Assembly (NCBI GenBank): GCA_965113315.1 | Contig: OZ220365.1 | Length of the DNA: 64,000 nucleotides | From: Podarcis vaucheri | Taxonomy: Eukaryota | Direction: 5' to 3' (one strand) | Shown here: positions 62,705-64,000 of the stretch, one piece after another | Numbering within the stretch: position 1 is the first letter of the stretch | Layout of the letters: every line of letters begins with the position of its first letter | The notes under the pieces: generated by a model | Seen by the model: only the letters and a program-made list of their open reading frames with translations | Database searches by the model: none | What the model was told of the DNA's origin: nothing | Translations under genes and position numbers: made by a program

Positions 62705-64000
62705 CTAGGAAAGAAAATTATTGTTAAGCATCATAGGGTAAAATATAATACTTACTGCTATACAATAGCGAATAGCCAATTAAGACCCCAAGGCTAAATC
62801 CAGCCCTCTGAGGATTACCTGTTGAACAATAAGTTGCCAACTAGAAAGCAACAGAGATGTGTGTGGGGTGTTATTTATAGCAACAGGGCTTCCTAGCTCT
62901 AGAGACAACTTCCATCTCTGTTTCGAACTGTCCCTTCTGTAAAATAAGTTGCTGATGAGATTCCACATTTAGTTATGCATTCACATTTGCACATATCAAA
63001 ACCAGAGTTTCTTTAAGGTCCACTTTCCTATACTGATGTTACTAATTTGCTTGTTGCTGGATAGAAAACAGTGAGCTAGTGTGAAAATTTGCCTAGGTAG
63101 GCAACAGAATATCGTGACAGCTGGTTGCTCTCAACCTCTGTCTTAAACCTGTTCGTTTCCAAACATTTTATTGAACTTTCAGGGCAGCCTTTAAAAAGTT
63201 AAGCACATTAAAACAGATATAAATAATAGAATTACATGTCAGGGTAGACTTGCCTAAACAAGCTCTGAAAACGGTGAAAGTGCCTGTCTAATTTTAATGA
63301 ACAGCAAGTTCTAGGGAGTAGATGCTGCCACACACAACCTCCTTTACCACCACTTTACCAGCATCATCCTTGTTCTATCAAGTTGACAGATAGCTATCAA
63401 TTTTTTGTGATCATGCACAGCAGACTGACCATATTCAATTCCCATCCCCAAATTTCTTTTGTCGATGAGAAACAAGAAAAAAAGAACCAACAGCTACATA
63501 GAATAATGTCTTACTCTGCATTTCTAAATGTTCCCTGAATTGTACTATGTATAATGTCAAAGCTAATTATTTCTATAATGAGAAAGAAAAAGTATTAAGA
63601 AGTCGCTGTCTGGAAGGTTTTGCCTTTTTAATGGAAAGGTACAGGAAGACAGAAACAAGAAAACATGGCCACACATCTCACTTGGACTTGAATAATCCAT
63701 ATGTGCTAACCCCAGAGAGGAACCTAATACAGAAAAGAACACACAACCAGAAATAAATCTGCTGTATGTAGCCACAACCATGACAGACAGAAGCACTGAA
63801 CCAGCCAGAAGTACAACAACACTCTGCTCTCAGGGACAAAGTCTAACTGTTTCAACATATCTTAATTCCAAGGAAATGGAACTCCAGGTTCAGCATAGTA
63901 ATTTTAAGATCAGATTTTTAAAAAACCCTTCACTGTTTAAATTTTCAACTTTAGCTGATTGCCAGAAATAGTATGCAATTTTATGATGTATAATCACAAC

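Overview
Vertebrate genomic DNA, most likely a lacertid lizard, judging from Sauria/Squam-type SINEs. The whole window lies inside CDC42BPA (MRCK-alpha kinase) on the minus strand. I resolved 28 phase-consistent GT-AG exons plus one candidate exon, covering the coiled-coil/KIM region, the internal variable region, C1, PH, CNH, CRIB and part of the C-terminal tail. The kinase-domain exons lie beyond 64000 and the stop-codon exon lies below position 1. Cassette exons missed by the ORF track include a 62-aa exon with a second CRIB-like motif (6727-6912) and 13-, 16-, 27- and 40-aa phase-0 exons in the variable region. The introns hold SINEs, L2/CR1 fragments, hAT and Tc1/mariner MITEs, and a 147-bp tandem duplication. 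The best leads are: (1) a young, ORF-less 1.74-kb L1-type retroposon with a perfect 18-bp TSD, antisense to the gene; (2) two different hAT-like MITEs flanked by the same 8-bp repeat GTTGTAAC; (3) a candidate exon open in two frames with two donors and a possible frame-switching partner; (4) a hAT MITE carrying TTAGGG repeats. No prokaryotic-type system is present. Comparisons to human MRCK and repeat family names come from memory, not from database searches.
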